From assembly GCA_964610345.1 (NCBI GenBank), contig CAZSVQ010000004.1, forward strand, positions 7,570 through 31,569: 24,000 nucleotides of DNA, given 5' to 3'. This document shows positions 15,389-24,000 of this stretch, piece after piece. The stretch comes from an uncultured Candidatus Saccharibacteria bacterium (GTDB taxonomy: Bacteria; Patescibacteriota; Saccharimonadia; Saccharimonadales; JAGQNJ01). The notes under the pieces are model-generated. The model worked only from the letters and a program-made list of their open reading frames with translations. It did not search any database and was not told the DNA's origin. Position numbers and translations under genes: made by a program. Within the stretch, counting starts at the first letter, position 1. Each line of letters begins with the position of its first letter.

Positions 15389-15678
15389 TATGACTGCTTC
15401 CTTGATTGGGCTGCAGCGCGTTGTGATTTTAATACAATGCTTTGAAGCTCTTTAAATATTACAAACTGTTTATTTGTGTAATAGACTTTAGTATTGCCTT
15501 GTTTTTCTGAAATTAAGAAGCCAATCTTCTCTAATTTCTTTAATTCACGTTGTATATTACCTGCGTCTTCTTTAATAAGTTTAGCAAGCCCTCGTACGTG
15601 CGTCTTGAAGTCTGGGTACTTAGCGTACACGACAACAATTTTTCTCCTCACTCGTGATGTTATGAATGTATCTAGCAT
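15388..15678 (-). CDS. winged-helix (ArsR/MarR-like) DNA-binding protein
   Basis: This 96-aa protein has the pattern SRVRRKIVVVY...HVRGLAKLIKEDAGNIQRELKKLEKIGFLISEKQGNTKVYYTN, which is a helix-turn-helix plus wing. Confidence 0.7.
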   Translation of the reverse strand: MLDTFITSRVRRKIVVVYAKYPDFKTHVRGLAKLIKEDAGNIQRELKKLEKIGFLISEKQGNTKVYYTNKQFVIFKELQSIVLKSQRAAAQSRKQS

Positions 15679-15738
15679 AAGCCGTTTATTGTCATTAGAA
15701 CAACGTCGTATATTTAGTATAGCTATTTAACAAAGTTT

Positions 15739-15768
15739 TTCAAGCTTTTATATTTTATCTCTTATAAT
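15739..15768 (+). promoter_or_regulatory. candidate priA promoter (TTCAAG, 18 nt, TATAAT) 6 nt from the ATG
   Basis: A consensus TATAAT sits at 15763-15768, and the ATG at 15775 follows after ATACCT. There is no SD. The -35 is weak. Confidence 0.35.
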
Positions 15769-15774
15769 ATACCT

Positions 15775-17724
15775 ATGTATTGTTATGAGATATGGGTAAA
15801 AAGCCCGCAGTATCATGGTAAATCACCACTAACCTACACATCTGTCACCAAGCTGTTGCCCGGAACTGTTGTAAGAATTGATCTTAGAAAAAGACCAGTA
15901 ATGGGAATAGTCCGCCGCGAAGCACCAGCTCCAAAAGGTGTTGCCATGAAACCAATTGATGAGATTTTATTTAATGGTGATTACACTTTGCCGCCTGAAA
16001 GCCTCAAGCTTTTGCACTGGATATTATTATATTACCCGGCACCAAGTGGTACTGTTGCCCAATTATTCTTACCTAGTTCCTGGCCTAAACTCACCATAAG
16101 CACTGTTGAAGATGCTAGCTCGCAATCCTTACTAAAACTACCTAAGTTAACAGCCGAGCAATCTTATGTCTTAAAAACAATCAAAGCTAGGCAAGGTAGC
16201 TTTCTTTTGCACGGAGAGACAGGTTCTGGCAAAACACGTGTTTATATAGAGCTAATCCGCGAAGTATTAAAAAATAATAAATCCAGCCTGGTGCTAGTTC
16301 CAGAAATCGGCTTGGTGCCACATTTGCAAGCAGAAATTAAACAAGTATTTAGTAATACTTCAATAAAGGTTTTTCATTCTGGCCTAACACCTAACCAGCG
16401 CAAACTGACATGGTCAGAAATACTTACCTCTGAGCAACCATTAATTGTAATTGGTCCACGTTCAGCACTTTTTGCACCATTAAAAAATATTGGCTTAGTG
16501 ATAGTTGATGAGTGTCACGATGATGGCTATAAACAAGATAGCACACCTTATTATCATGGGCTACGTGTAGCATCAAAGCTTGCCCAACTACATAGTGCGA
16601 ACTTGATTTTTGGTTCAGCCACACCTTCAATCAATGACACCTACATCGCAAACGAGAAACAAATACCGATTTTACGTATGGAAAAAACTGCCAAACTAAA
16701 GTCTGGCAATGAAACGAAAACTATAATAATTAATAAACTCGATAAAAGTGAATTTACTCGCTCCAAAATACTCAGCACCAGCCTAATAAATGAAATACAG
16801 TCACAACTAAAGCAAAATCAGCAAACATTACTCTTTTTAAACCGTCGTGGTAGTGCAAAAGTTGTAAACTGCGACAATTGTGGTTGGCGTGCAATGTGTC
16901 TTAACTGCGATCTTCCGCTAACCTTTCATGAAGATGTTTTTACGGTGCGGTGCCATACTTGTGGTTTTACTGATAAAGCCCCCTTGCATTGTTCAGACTG
17001 CAATAATCCTGAAATAATCTTTTATGGGCCAGGAACAAAATCTGTTGAAAAGGAAGTTTCTAAATTATTCCCGGATGCCAAGATAGCCCGTTTTGATGGC
17101 GATAACCTGACAAGTGAACGCCTTGATAAAAATCTCTCTAAAATCCATAGCGGAGAAATTGACATAATTATCGGAACGCAAATTTTGGTTAAGGGTTTTG
17201 ACATTCCCAGATTAGGCCTAACTGGCATTATTGACGCTGATTCTAGCCTATCATTCCCTGATTATGCTACCGAAGAAAAAACTTATCAGCTAATTACTCA
17301 AGCAATTGGTCGAGTTGGCAGAGGTCATGTACCTGGTGTGATAGTTTTACAAAGCTTCCAACCTGATAGCAAACTATTAAAGCAAGCAATTAACAAAGAC
17401 TGGGGTAGCTATTACTCAGATCAACTTAAACAACGTAAGATCCACAATTTTCCACCCTATACTTTTTTACTAAAGCTAGAATGTAGTCGGAAGCGCCGTG
17501 AATCTGCCTCAAAAGCTGCTGAAAAATTAAAATCCACCCTGCTTACAAAGCATACATCTATAATTACTATACTTGGTCCCACACCAGCTTTTAAAGAAAA
17601 AAGAAGTACGGAGTTTGTTTGGCAATTAATTATTAAATCACCCCGTCGGTCTGTTCTGTTAGATATCATAAATAACCTACCCAGTGGCTGGCATCACGAT
17701 ATTGACCCGACACATCTGTTATAA
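15775..17724 (+). CDS. priA: primosomal protein N' (PriA helicase)
   Basis: The protein has Walker A HGETGSGKT, DECH, the Cys-rich insertion CDNCGWRAMCLNCDLPLTFH...CHTCGF...CSDCNN and QAIGRVGRG. Confidence 0.93.
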   Translation: MYCYEIWVKSPQYHGKSPLTYTSVTKLLPGTVVRIDLRKRPVMGIVRREAPAPKGVAMKPIDEILFNGDYTLPPESLKLLHWILLYYPAPSGTVAQLFLPSSWPKLTISTVEDASSQSLLKLPKLTAEQSYVLKTIKARQGSFLLHGETGSGKTRVYIELIREVLKNNKSSLVLVPEIGLVPHLQAEIKQVFSNTSIKVFHSGLTPNQRKLTWSEILTSEQPLIVIGPRSALFAPLKNIGLVIVDECHDDGYKQDSTPYYHGLRVASKLAQLHSANLIFGSATPSINDTYIANEKQIPILRMEKTAKLKSGNETKTIIINKLDKSEFTRSKILSTSLINEIQSQLKQNQQTLLFLNRRGSAKVVNCDNCGWRAMCLNCDLPLTFHEDVFTVRCHTCGFTDKAPLHCSDCNNPEIIFYGPGTKSVEKEVSKLFPDAKIARFDGDNLTSERLDKNLSKIHSGEIDIIIGTQILVKGFDIPRLGLTGIIDADSSLSFPDYATEEKTYQLITQAIGRVGRGHVPGVIVLQSFQPDSKLLKQAINKDWGSYYSDQLKQRKIHNFPPYTFLLKLECSRKRRESASKAAEKLKSTLLTKHTSIITILGPTPAFKEKRSTEFVWQLIIKSPRRSVLLDIINNLPSGWHHDIDPTHLL

Positions 17725-17756
17725 AACTCGTTTCTAAGGTATACTTGTCAGGAATC

Positions 17757-18326
17757 ATGAACAATAAGCTTATCACCCTACCCAACCCCCACCTCAGGCA
17801 ACGCTCTAAAAAAGTTGGCCTTGTTGACGGAAAGATAAAACAAATCATTGACAACATGAAGCGGGCAACCATTGAATGGGAAGACAGCCGAGAACACGAG
17901 GTTGGTGTTGCACTTGCTGGGGTGCAAATCGACCATCTATTACGCATTGTTATCATTCGCGAAGACACCGAACACAAAGAAAATAAAAATTTCATAGTGT
18001 TTATAAATCCAGAAATTACCAAATACGAAGGCGATATTTTAGAAGATTACGAAGGTTGCTTGAGCATTAAGGATGTATACGGCAAAGTTCCGCGTTATAG
18101 CAAGGTCAAGGTTAAAGCCCTTGATGAAAATGGCAAATCTTTTAGGGTTACCGCTGAAGGATTTTTAGCAAGAATATTTCAACACGAAATTGACCACACT
18201 AACGGTACTGTCTTTATTGACCATATCCAAGACAAAGAAGATGCGTTTTATAAGCTTCAAGATGACGGTAAACTAACTAGCTTAGACTATGAAAAAGATA
18301 TCAGAAACAATAGTATTCTTTGGTAG
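17757..18326 (+). CDS. def: peptide deformylase
   Basis: The protein has GVALAGVQI, EGCLS and QHEIDH motifs. The track start is TTG 17745. The ATG at 17757 gives MNNKLITLPNPHLRQ, a typical Def N-terminus, with AGGA 4 nt upstream. Confidence 0.92.
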   Translation: MNNKLITLPNPHLRQRSKKVGLVDGKIKQIIDNMKRATIEWEDSREHEVGVALAGVQIDHLLRIVIIREDTEHKENKNFIVFINPEITKYEGDILEDYEGCLSIKDVYGKVPRYSKVKVKALDENGKSFRVTAEGFLARIFQHEIDHTNGTVFIDHIQDKEDAFYKLQDDGKLTSLDYEKDIRNNSILW

Positions 18327-19212
18327 TGGTCCGGTTGCAGCTAGATCACTAGAGTTGCTCGCAAAAAATTTTACAATTGAAACGGTTATAACTAAACCCC
18401 GTCCACCCCATCATAAAGGCGATGTCCCGGTTCTAACCGTTGTTGAGAAATTAAACATACCCCTACTAACATCAAGCAACAAGCAAGAACTTAATGAGCT
18501 GATTAAAAATTGCATGATCAAAAGTAGAATAGCAATCTTAATTGACTTTGGGATAATTGTTTCCAGAGAAGTTATTGATTTCTTTCCGCTAGGTATAGTA
18601 AATAGTCATTTTTCATTATTACCCTTATGGCGTGGTGCAGACCCAATTACTTTCGCAATACTTAATGGGGATTCTAAAACAGGTGTCAGTCTTATGATGA
18701 TTGACGAAGGTATGGATACTGGCAAAATCTTAACCCAAAAAACTTATCAGCTACCGAAAGATATAACTACTCCAGAATTAACCAACAATTTGATAAATCT
18801 TAGCGCTGAATTATTGTACGATTTTGTACCTCGCTACATTAGTGGAGAGATTAAGCCCCATAGTCAGCCTCATCCAGACCGCGCAACATATTCACGTAAA
18901 CTTTCGAAAGCCGATAGTTTAATCGACTGGTCCAAACCAGCCAGTCAAATTGAACGAGAAATCCGCGCATTTATCGGTTGGCCTGGCTCAAAAACAATAC
19001 TATTTGATAAAGAAGTGACGATAACCTCAGCTAACGAGACACCTGACACCCCGCCAGATTCTGAACCTGGCGATATTACAGTCAGTAAAGAAACAAGTGA
19101 GCTATCGGTTACTACTTCTAATGGTTCAATTTTAGTCAACAAACTTAAGCCTGCCGGCAAACGTGAGATGACTATTAAAGAATTTATAATAGGTTACGGC
19201 AAAATAAAATAA
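18289..19212 (+). CDS. fmt: methionyl-tRNA formyltransferase
   Basis: The protein has the IVFFGSGPVA N-terminus, NSHFSLLPLWRGADPI (the SLLP/HxSLLP motif) and a C-terminal tRNA-binding domain. It overlaps def by 38 nt. Confidence 0.92.
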   Translation: MKKISETIVFFGSGPVAARSLELLAKNFTIETVITKPRPPHHKGDVPVLTVVEKLNIPLLTSSNKQELNELIKNCMIKSRIAILIDFGIIVSREVIDFFPLGIVNSHFSLLPLWRGADPITFAILNGDSKTGVSLMMIDEGMDTGKILTQKTYQLPKDITTPELTNNLINLSAELLYDFVPRYISGEIKPHSQPHPDRATYSRKLSKADSLIDWSKPASQIEREIRAFIGWPGSKTILFDKEVTITSANETPDTPPDSEPGDITVSKETSELSVTTSNGSILVNKLKPAGKREMTIKEFIIGYGKIK

Positions 19213-19219
19213 CTTAAGT

Positions 19220-19573
19220 CTAATTGGAAGACTGCTCTTGGCTAGCAGAAACAATTTGCGGAGCAGCTTGTTTGACCTCGCTTTTTAGCTTTTCTAATTC
19301 TTCGGCGACCACTTGTTTATAATTTGGGAAGTTCGTTTCAAGCCAAGTTAGTGCGTACTTTTCTTTCTGTGACTTGGTTTCAGCACTATCCTCAGGTTTG
19401 GGCATTAACTGCTCAAATTCATCTAGTTGCTCGTTGGTCATACGCTCAGCCAGTTTCATACCCACCCTAAGCTCAAGTGTTTCATAAATATGACGCAACA
19501 TCATATTTTTCTCTTGTGGTGGTAGAGTGCCTAATCCTAAATCTTCTAGTAGTGCATTATCTAACTTAAACAT
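19220..19573 (-). CDS. small helical protein of unknown function (resembles the DUF5663-type proteins I associate with CPR genomes)
   Basis: This 117-aa protein begins MFKLDNALLEDLGLGTLPPQEKNMMLRHIYETLELRVGMKLAERMTNEQLDEFEQLM. A GGAAGG SD lies upstream. The family assignment is from memory only. Confidence 0.6.
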   Translation of the reverse strand: MFKLDNALLEDLGLGTLPPQEKNMMLRHIYETLELRVGMKLAERMTNEQLDEFEQLMPKPEDSAETKSQKEKYALTWLETNFPNYKQVVAEELEKLKSEVKQAAPQIVSASQEQSSN

Positions 19574-19612
19574 ACCTTCCTCTTTTCAGTTCTTATTGTA
19601 TCAAGCATACCA

Positions 19613-21103
19613 TTAATTCAGCAAACTCCAGATGAAAGCGATTATTCCAAACGATACTAGCATTATAATACCAGCCGTAACGCCTTGCTGTGCTGCTCTC
19701 TTTAACTCCTTTTGATTATTTAAAGCCTTACGCTGTTGCATGCTAAGATTTTGTATATTTTTTCCCTTACCTGATTCTCTCTCGGTGTTTACTTTTTGAT
19801 TTGTTTGCAATATATCATTTTTAACTAAAATTTTGCTACTGTCATCTAATTGATCCGAATATCCGTCGTCGTAAAAAGGCTCTTCTTTAACCTCGTGTTT
19901 GCGTTCAATATATCGCTCAAATGCAAAAGAATTATTCGTCTTTTCTGATGCAATATTAGATTTATCAATATTAGCAATCAATGTTTCACCGATTTTTTGT
20001 GACCGTAAGATAGTTTGACTCTGATTTATTTCTGGCTTAGTTCTGGCTTGATATGTGTTTTTTGATTCACTTACCTCTGAACCTACGATTTCTGACTCTT
20101 TATATAAATTGTTACTTCTATCAACTAAATCTTTAACTATCGTGTCTGGCTTAGTATTAACATGTGTGGGATTTGCTAATTCCAGCGTATTCAGAGGCTC
20201 CTGATGGTTTATTTTTCGTTTTTTACGTAATTCTAGTGCTTGTTTTTTGCTAATAGCCCTGAGGCGATCTATACCCCTTTTAATTGCATATTGTTCTGTC
20301 TCTATACTTCTGTCTCTTTTGTCGGATGCTTCAAATCGATTTTTTAAATCTTCATACCGTTGTTGGTTTAATCTTTCGGTCGCAATATCACCAAACTTAG
20401 TTGCGCCACTTGAATCATTTTGTGTTTGTAAAATACGATTTTCCGTATGGCTTGCATTAATGGCATAAACTTCAGATTCAAGATCGTCTGTTTTAGTAGG
20501 TATTTCTACCTTGTCATTATTATCCTCACCTACCAGACCCGGTATTTTAGTGCTGTGCTCGCGATTAATAGCTTGCCTCGCTTCTTCTATTGCAATATTG
20601 GCTTCTTGATCAATATCATTTATTGATTCTGCTTCTAGCACCCCGTCATTAGTTAGCTCAATTTCAATTTCTTTACTGCTATTTTCAGTTATAAGCAAAT
20701 TATTTACGTTTTCTATACTATTTTGCGTTAGTGGTATATTAAGCATATTTGGGTCATTTAGAACTTTTGTTGCGACAGTGTTGTTATCAGACTCTTCAGG
20801 TGCAACCTCAACACTATTTAATATCGGTAAGCGTAAATCGGGTTCGCTTTTAGCTTCAGTGATTTCTGTAATTTCGTCTTTTTCTACGCCGGTTGCTTTA
20901 CTAAAAAATGCACTGAATGACTCCAGAAAGCCTTTTTGCTCATCTTTGGGCTGATCTTCTGCTTTATTAAATAGTCTTTTCCATAATTGTGAAACTGGAT
21001 TCTTTTTTTTCTTCTTAGAAGAATCTACTTCATCGCCATCAATATCTTGGTCTGATAAATCATATTCTGTGCCGCTTGTGTAAAATGGAGATTTTTCTTG
21101 CAT
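19613..21103 (-). CDS. acidic, low-complexity, C-terminally membrane-anchored protein of unknown function
   Basis: This 496-aa protein has a D/E/K/N/S-rich body and a central charged helical stretch (ERLNQQRYEDLKNRFEASDKRDR...KKQALELRKKRK). A single hydrophobic segment sits at the extreme C-terminus (GVTAGIIMLVSFGIIAFIWSLLN). An AAAGGA SD lies 8 nt upstream. Confidence 0.7.
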   Translation of the reverse strand: MQEKSPFYTSGTEYDLSDQDIDGDEVDSSKKKKKNPVSQLWKRLFNKAEDQPKDEQKGFLESFSAFFSKATGVEKDEITEITEAKSEPDLRLPILNSVEVAPEESDNNTVATKVLNDPNMLNIPLTQNSIENVNNLLITENSSKEIEIELTNDGVLEAESINDIDQEANIAIEEARQAINREHSTKIPGLVGEDNNDKVEIPTKTDDLESEVYAINASHTENRILQTQNDSSGATKFGDIATERLNQQRYEDLKNRFEASDKRDRSIETEQYAIKRGIDRLRAISKKQALELRKKRKINHQEPLNTLELANPTHVNTKPDTIVKDLVDRSNNLYKESEIVGSEVSESKNTYQARTKPEINQSQTILRSQKIGETLIANIDKSNIASEKTNNSFAFERYIERKHEVKEEPFYDDGYSDQLDDSSKILVKNDILQTNQKVNTERESGKGKNIQNLSMQQRKALNNQKELKRAAQQGVTAGIIMLVSFGIIAFIWSLLN

Positions 21104-21119
21104 GGCAATAATCCTTTGC

Positions 21120-22889
21120 CTATAACGTCCGCGCTACCTCTTGCCGAGTATAAACTTCGATATGGTCGCCTTCTTGTAAATCTACCTTATTGATAGTTTG
21201 AAGCTGTATACCGCACATTTCACCGGTCTGCACTTCTTTTGTATCAGTTGGTCCTCGTTTTAGCCCAGTCACCTCAACATCAGCCAACCTTTCACCGTCT
21301 CTAAATACGCGAGCCAAAGCTGGTGCTGACAATTTTCCTTTGGTGACCTCACCTCCGGCGATAATGTCAGTTTTAGTGGTTTTAAACACACCCCTTACTA
21401 CGAGACGACCCATGTCAGTTTCTGTAATCTCTGGACTAAGTAGGCTAGTAAGCTCTTCTTTTACATCGTCAATAAGTTCATATATTACTCTATACAAACG
21501 AACACTAACTTTGTCACGTGAGGCAATTTGACGCAAGCCATTGGTCAAATCAACATTAAAACCATAAATTACAGCACTACTGGTTGAGGCAAGTTGTAGG
21601 TCATTGTCGGTAATATTTCCGACCCCACTACCAACAACCCTAACACTAACCTCTTCGTTTTCTAAAGTTTTAAGACTATCGATAACCGATGTTAACGACC
21701 CCTGAACGTCAGCTTTAACAATCACATTAAAATCACTCACTTCAATGTTGCGATTTATCATTCGGAGTAACTGACTACTGGTGCTGACATTGGTTTTTAA
21801 AGTACTGTTAATTTGGCGGCTGCGATTTTCGGCTAATTTCTTTGCTTCTTTTTCATTAGCCACTGCTGTAAATTCTTCGCCAAACTCTGGCAAGTTCCTA
21901 AAGCCCGTCAGGATGACTGGTGTAGACGGGCCAGCTTCTGCTATAGCATCACCCAAGGTTGTTTCAAGGTTCCTAATCTTGCCGTAAGTCGAACCCACGA
22001 CCACCGCCGAACCATTCGTAAGTGTTCCTGTCTCAACCAGAGCTATCGCCACGGGACCTCTGCCCTTTTCCATATGCGATTCAATAATCAAACCTTTAGC
22101 CGAGGTACCTACATCAGCCTTCAATTCTTCTACATCAGCTACCAATAAGACCATGTCAAGCAATCCCGCAATACCATCTTTAGTTTTGGCAGAAACAGGC
22201 ACGATAATTGTGTCACCGCCCCAATCTTCTGGTACCAAGTTTTGTTCGGCAAGCTGTTGTTTGACTCGGTCGGGATTAGCTTCTGGTTTATCCATTTTAT
22301 TCAAAGCAAAAATCATCTTTACGCCTGCTTTTTGGGCAAATCTGATTGCTTCTAAGGTTTGTGGCTTAATACCGTCATCAGCTGCAATTACGATTATTGC
22401 CAAATCTGTTAATTGGGCGCCGTGCTCCCGCAAAGCCGCAAAAGCCTCATGCCCAGGAGTATCAAGGAAAGTTATCTTACGCTCACCATGCTTAATTTGG
22501 TAGGCAGAAATATGCTGGGTGATACCTCCAGCCTCTTGCCTTACAACCTCGGCACCCCGCACTGCATCAAGTAAAGATGTCTTGCCGTGGTCAACATGTC
22601 CCATTACCGCAACTACTGGTGGACGCAGTTTGGCTTGATCACTAACCTCATGTGTGCGCTTTGTAGACGCAACGGCATCTTCTGCCTGTTTGCGTGTTAG
22701 CACAATATCTGGCAATTTCAACTCTTCGGTAATTATTTGTGCTGTCTCAAAGTCAATTCGCTCATTAACGGTTACCATAATACCGTTTTTCATTAGCTCT
22801 CCGATTAATTTAGTAACCGGAATCATCAACTTATTAGCGAGATCGCCAACGGTAATCATGTCATCTATTTCTATACTTGCTCGTGGCAT
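21120..22889 (-). CDS. infB: translation initiation factor IF-2 (short form)
   Basis: The protein has the G domain motifs GHVDHGKTSLLD, DTPGH and NKMD, plus C-terminal IF-2 domains. A GGAG SD lies 6 nt upstream. Confidence 0.96.
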   Translation of the reverse strand: MPRASIEIDDMITVGDLANKLMIPVTKLIGELMKNGIMVTVNERIDFETAQIITEELKLPDIVLTRKQAEDAVASTKRTHEVSDQAKLRPPVVAVMGHVDHGKTSLLDAVRGAEVVRQEAGGITQHISAYQIKHGERKITFLDTPGHEAFAALREHGAQLTDLAIIVIAADDGIKPQTLEAIRFAQKAGVKMIFALNKMDKPEANPDRVKQQLAEQNLVPEDWGGDTIIVPVSAKTKDGIAGLLDMVLLVADVEELKADVGTSAKGLIIESHMEKGRGPVAIALVETGTLTNGSAVVVGSTYGKIRNLETTLGDAIAEAGPSTPVILTGFRNLPEFGEEFTAVANEKEAKKLAENRSRQINSTLKTNVSTSSQLLRMINRNIEVSDFNVIVKADVQGSLTSVIDSLKTLENEEVSVRVVGSGVGNITDNDLQLASTSSAVIYGFNVDLTNGLRQIASRDKVSVRLYRVIYELIDDVKEELTSLLSPEITETDMGRLVVRGVFKTTKTDIIAGGEVTKGKLSAPALARVFRDGERLADVEVTGLKRGPTDTKEVQTGEMCGIQLQTINKVDLQEGDHIEVYTRQEVARTL

Positions 22890-22935
22890 ACTCGCTCCTT
22901 TCGTGTGACGATATATTTACATCTTGAATTTATAG

Positions 22936-23982
22936 TTATTTTTTGCCGTCTTTAAGGCTCAACGCTATTTTTCGGCCTTCAGTGTCAATATCAATTACTT
23001 TGAACTGTTTCTTTTCATTTAGTTGAAATAGTTTTTCAGGGTCAACACTTTCTTCATCACCCATTTCAGAAACATGCACAAGCGCTTCCACAGCTGAGCT
23101 TAACTGAACAAATGCACCAAATGGTGTTATCCGAGTAATTTTACCCTCTACAGTGTCACCTTTTGTGAATGATTTAACTTCTTTTAACCATGGATCTTCG
23201 GTTGTTTGCTTCAGGCTTAAGCTAAGGCGATCTTTGTCAATACCGATAATCTTAGCTTCAACCGTCTGGCCAACTTTTACATAGTCTTTAGGTGTTTCAA
23301 CACGCTCCCAAGAAATCTCAGAAATATGAATCAACCCTTCAATACCAGTAACATTTACAAATGCACCGAAGTCGATAACTCCCGTAATTACACCTTCAAC
23401 TGAATCACCAATTTTAAGCTTCGCAAATCGATTTTGAAGTTCATCACGAACAGCTTCTTTTTCTGAAACAATTAGTTTGTTATCTTTTTTACTTACGTCT
23501 AATACCCGCACTTTAATTGGCTTATTAGTGAGCGAATTTAGCTTTTGCAAGATTTCATCTTTATCAGCACCAGAAACGCGAGGATAGTGACCAGCTGCCA
23601 ATTGACTCACCGGCAAGAAACCACGAATACCTTCTGCCTCAATTAATAATCCACCCCGATTCGCATCATAGGGATAAATATCGATGATTTCTTGAGCTTC
23701 TTGCAATCGTTTAAGTTCATCCCAGCCTCGATCTTTAGCGGCACGACGCATACTTAACAATACGTAACCGTCTTCTAGCTCGGGCTCTAAAACGCTGACA
23801 TTGATCTTCGCATTGAGTTCAAGTTTTTGAGCTCCGCTAATCTCTCGTCGTAACACTACGCCAACTCCGTTAGCGCCAAGATCAACCCAGATCTCTTGCT
23901 TTTTTATACCTGTAATAACGCCTTCGACAACGTCACCTGTTTTTAATTGTTTTACTTCGGATGACTCTAATAATTCATCCAT
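22936..23982 (-). CDS. rpsA: 30S ribosomal protein S1 (four S1 domains)
   Basis: The protein has repeated S1/OB motifs (GDVVEGVITG, GFLPVSQL, GDSVEGVITGVIDFGAFV, GDTVEGKITRITPFGAFV). The frame stays open to the window edge at 24000. The ATG at 23982 (MDELLESSEVKQLKTGDVV) is the likely start, but an upstream start outside the window cannot be excluded. Confidence 0.9.
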   Translation of the reverse strand: MDELLESSEVKQLKTGDVVEGVITGIKKQEIWVDLGANGVGVVLRREISGAQKLELNAKINVSVLEPELEDGYVLLSMRRAAKDRGWDELKRLQEAQEIIDIYPYDANRGGLLIEAEGIRGFLPVSQLAAGHYPRVSGADKDEILQKLNSLTNKPIKVRVLDVSKKDNKLIVSEKEAVRDELQNRFAKLKIGDSVEGVITGVIDFGAFVNVTGIEGLIHISEISWERVETPKDYVKVGQTVEAKIIGIDKDRLSLSLKQTTEDPWLKEVKSFTKGDTVEGKITRITPFGAFVQLSSAVEALVHVSEMGDEESVDPEKLFQLNEKKQFKVIDIDTEGRKIALSLKDGKK

Positions 23983-24000
23983 TGTTATGGTTTTAGACAC

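Noticed and set aside
1-24000. Alternative genetic code (UGA recoding, as in some CPR lineages), and any mobile element, CRISPR array, tRNA or rRNA.
   Set aside because: All conserved genes are full-length under code 11, and TGA is used as a functional stop in the ATGA overlap at 5917-5920. I saw no repeat-spacer periodicity, terminal inverted repeats, integrase or transposase motifs, or cloverleaf-capable segments in the intergenic gaps.

Overview
This is a compact bacterial chromosome segment dominated by housekeeping genes: about 24 protein genes with very short intergenic gaps, read with standard genetic code 11. The gene content and the streamlined protein lengths suggest a reduced-genome Patescibacteria/CPR organism, possibly Saccharibacteria, but that lineage call is inference only. 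Reading from the right edge on the minus strand, the genes are rpsA, infB, an acidic tail-anchored unknown and a small helical unknown. A plus-strand priA-def-fmt block follows. The minus strand then resumes with a wHTH regulator, rpsU, yqeY, adk, map, ftsA, ftsZ, nrdR, class II RNR nrdJ, a cysteine-free thioredoxin-fold ORF, a T-box leader, a T5orf172/GIY-YIG-like ORF, ileS, rplU, parA and parB. lepB lies on the plus strand at the left edge, next to a truncated minus-strand ORF. I saw no rRNA, tRNA, CRISPR, transposase or integrase. The most interesting locus is 5917-6816, which has three notable parts. (1) It holds a well-formed T-box riboswitch with an Ile (AUC) specifier in an ultrashort Stem I hairpin and a UGGUACC discriminator bulge. 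(2) The first gene after the leader is not ileS but a more AT-rich T5orf172/GIY-YIG-like ORF, whose TGA overlaps the ileS ATG (ATGA). (3) The expression platform looks non-canonical, because one pyrimidine tract can pair with three different partners: Stem III, a terminator-like closing helix, or the Shine-Dalgarno. Secondary observations are tandem NrdR boxes overlapping the nrdR-nrdJ promoter, several promoter-like -10 hexamers 6-9 nt from SD-less start codons (possible leaderless mRNAs), and a long palindrome across the putative rpsU promoter.
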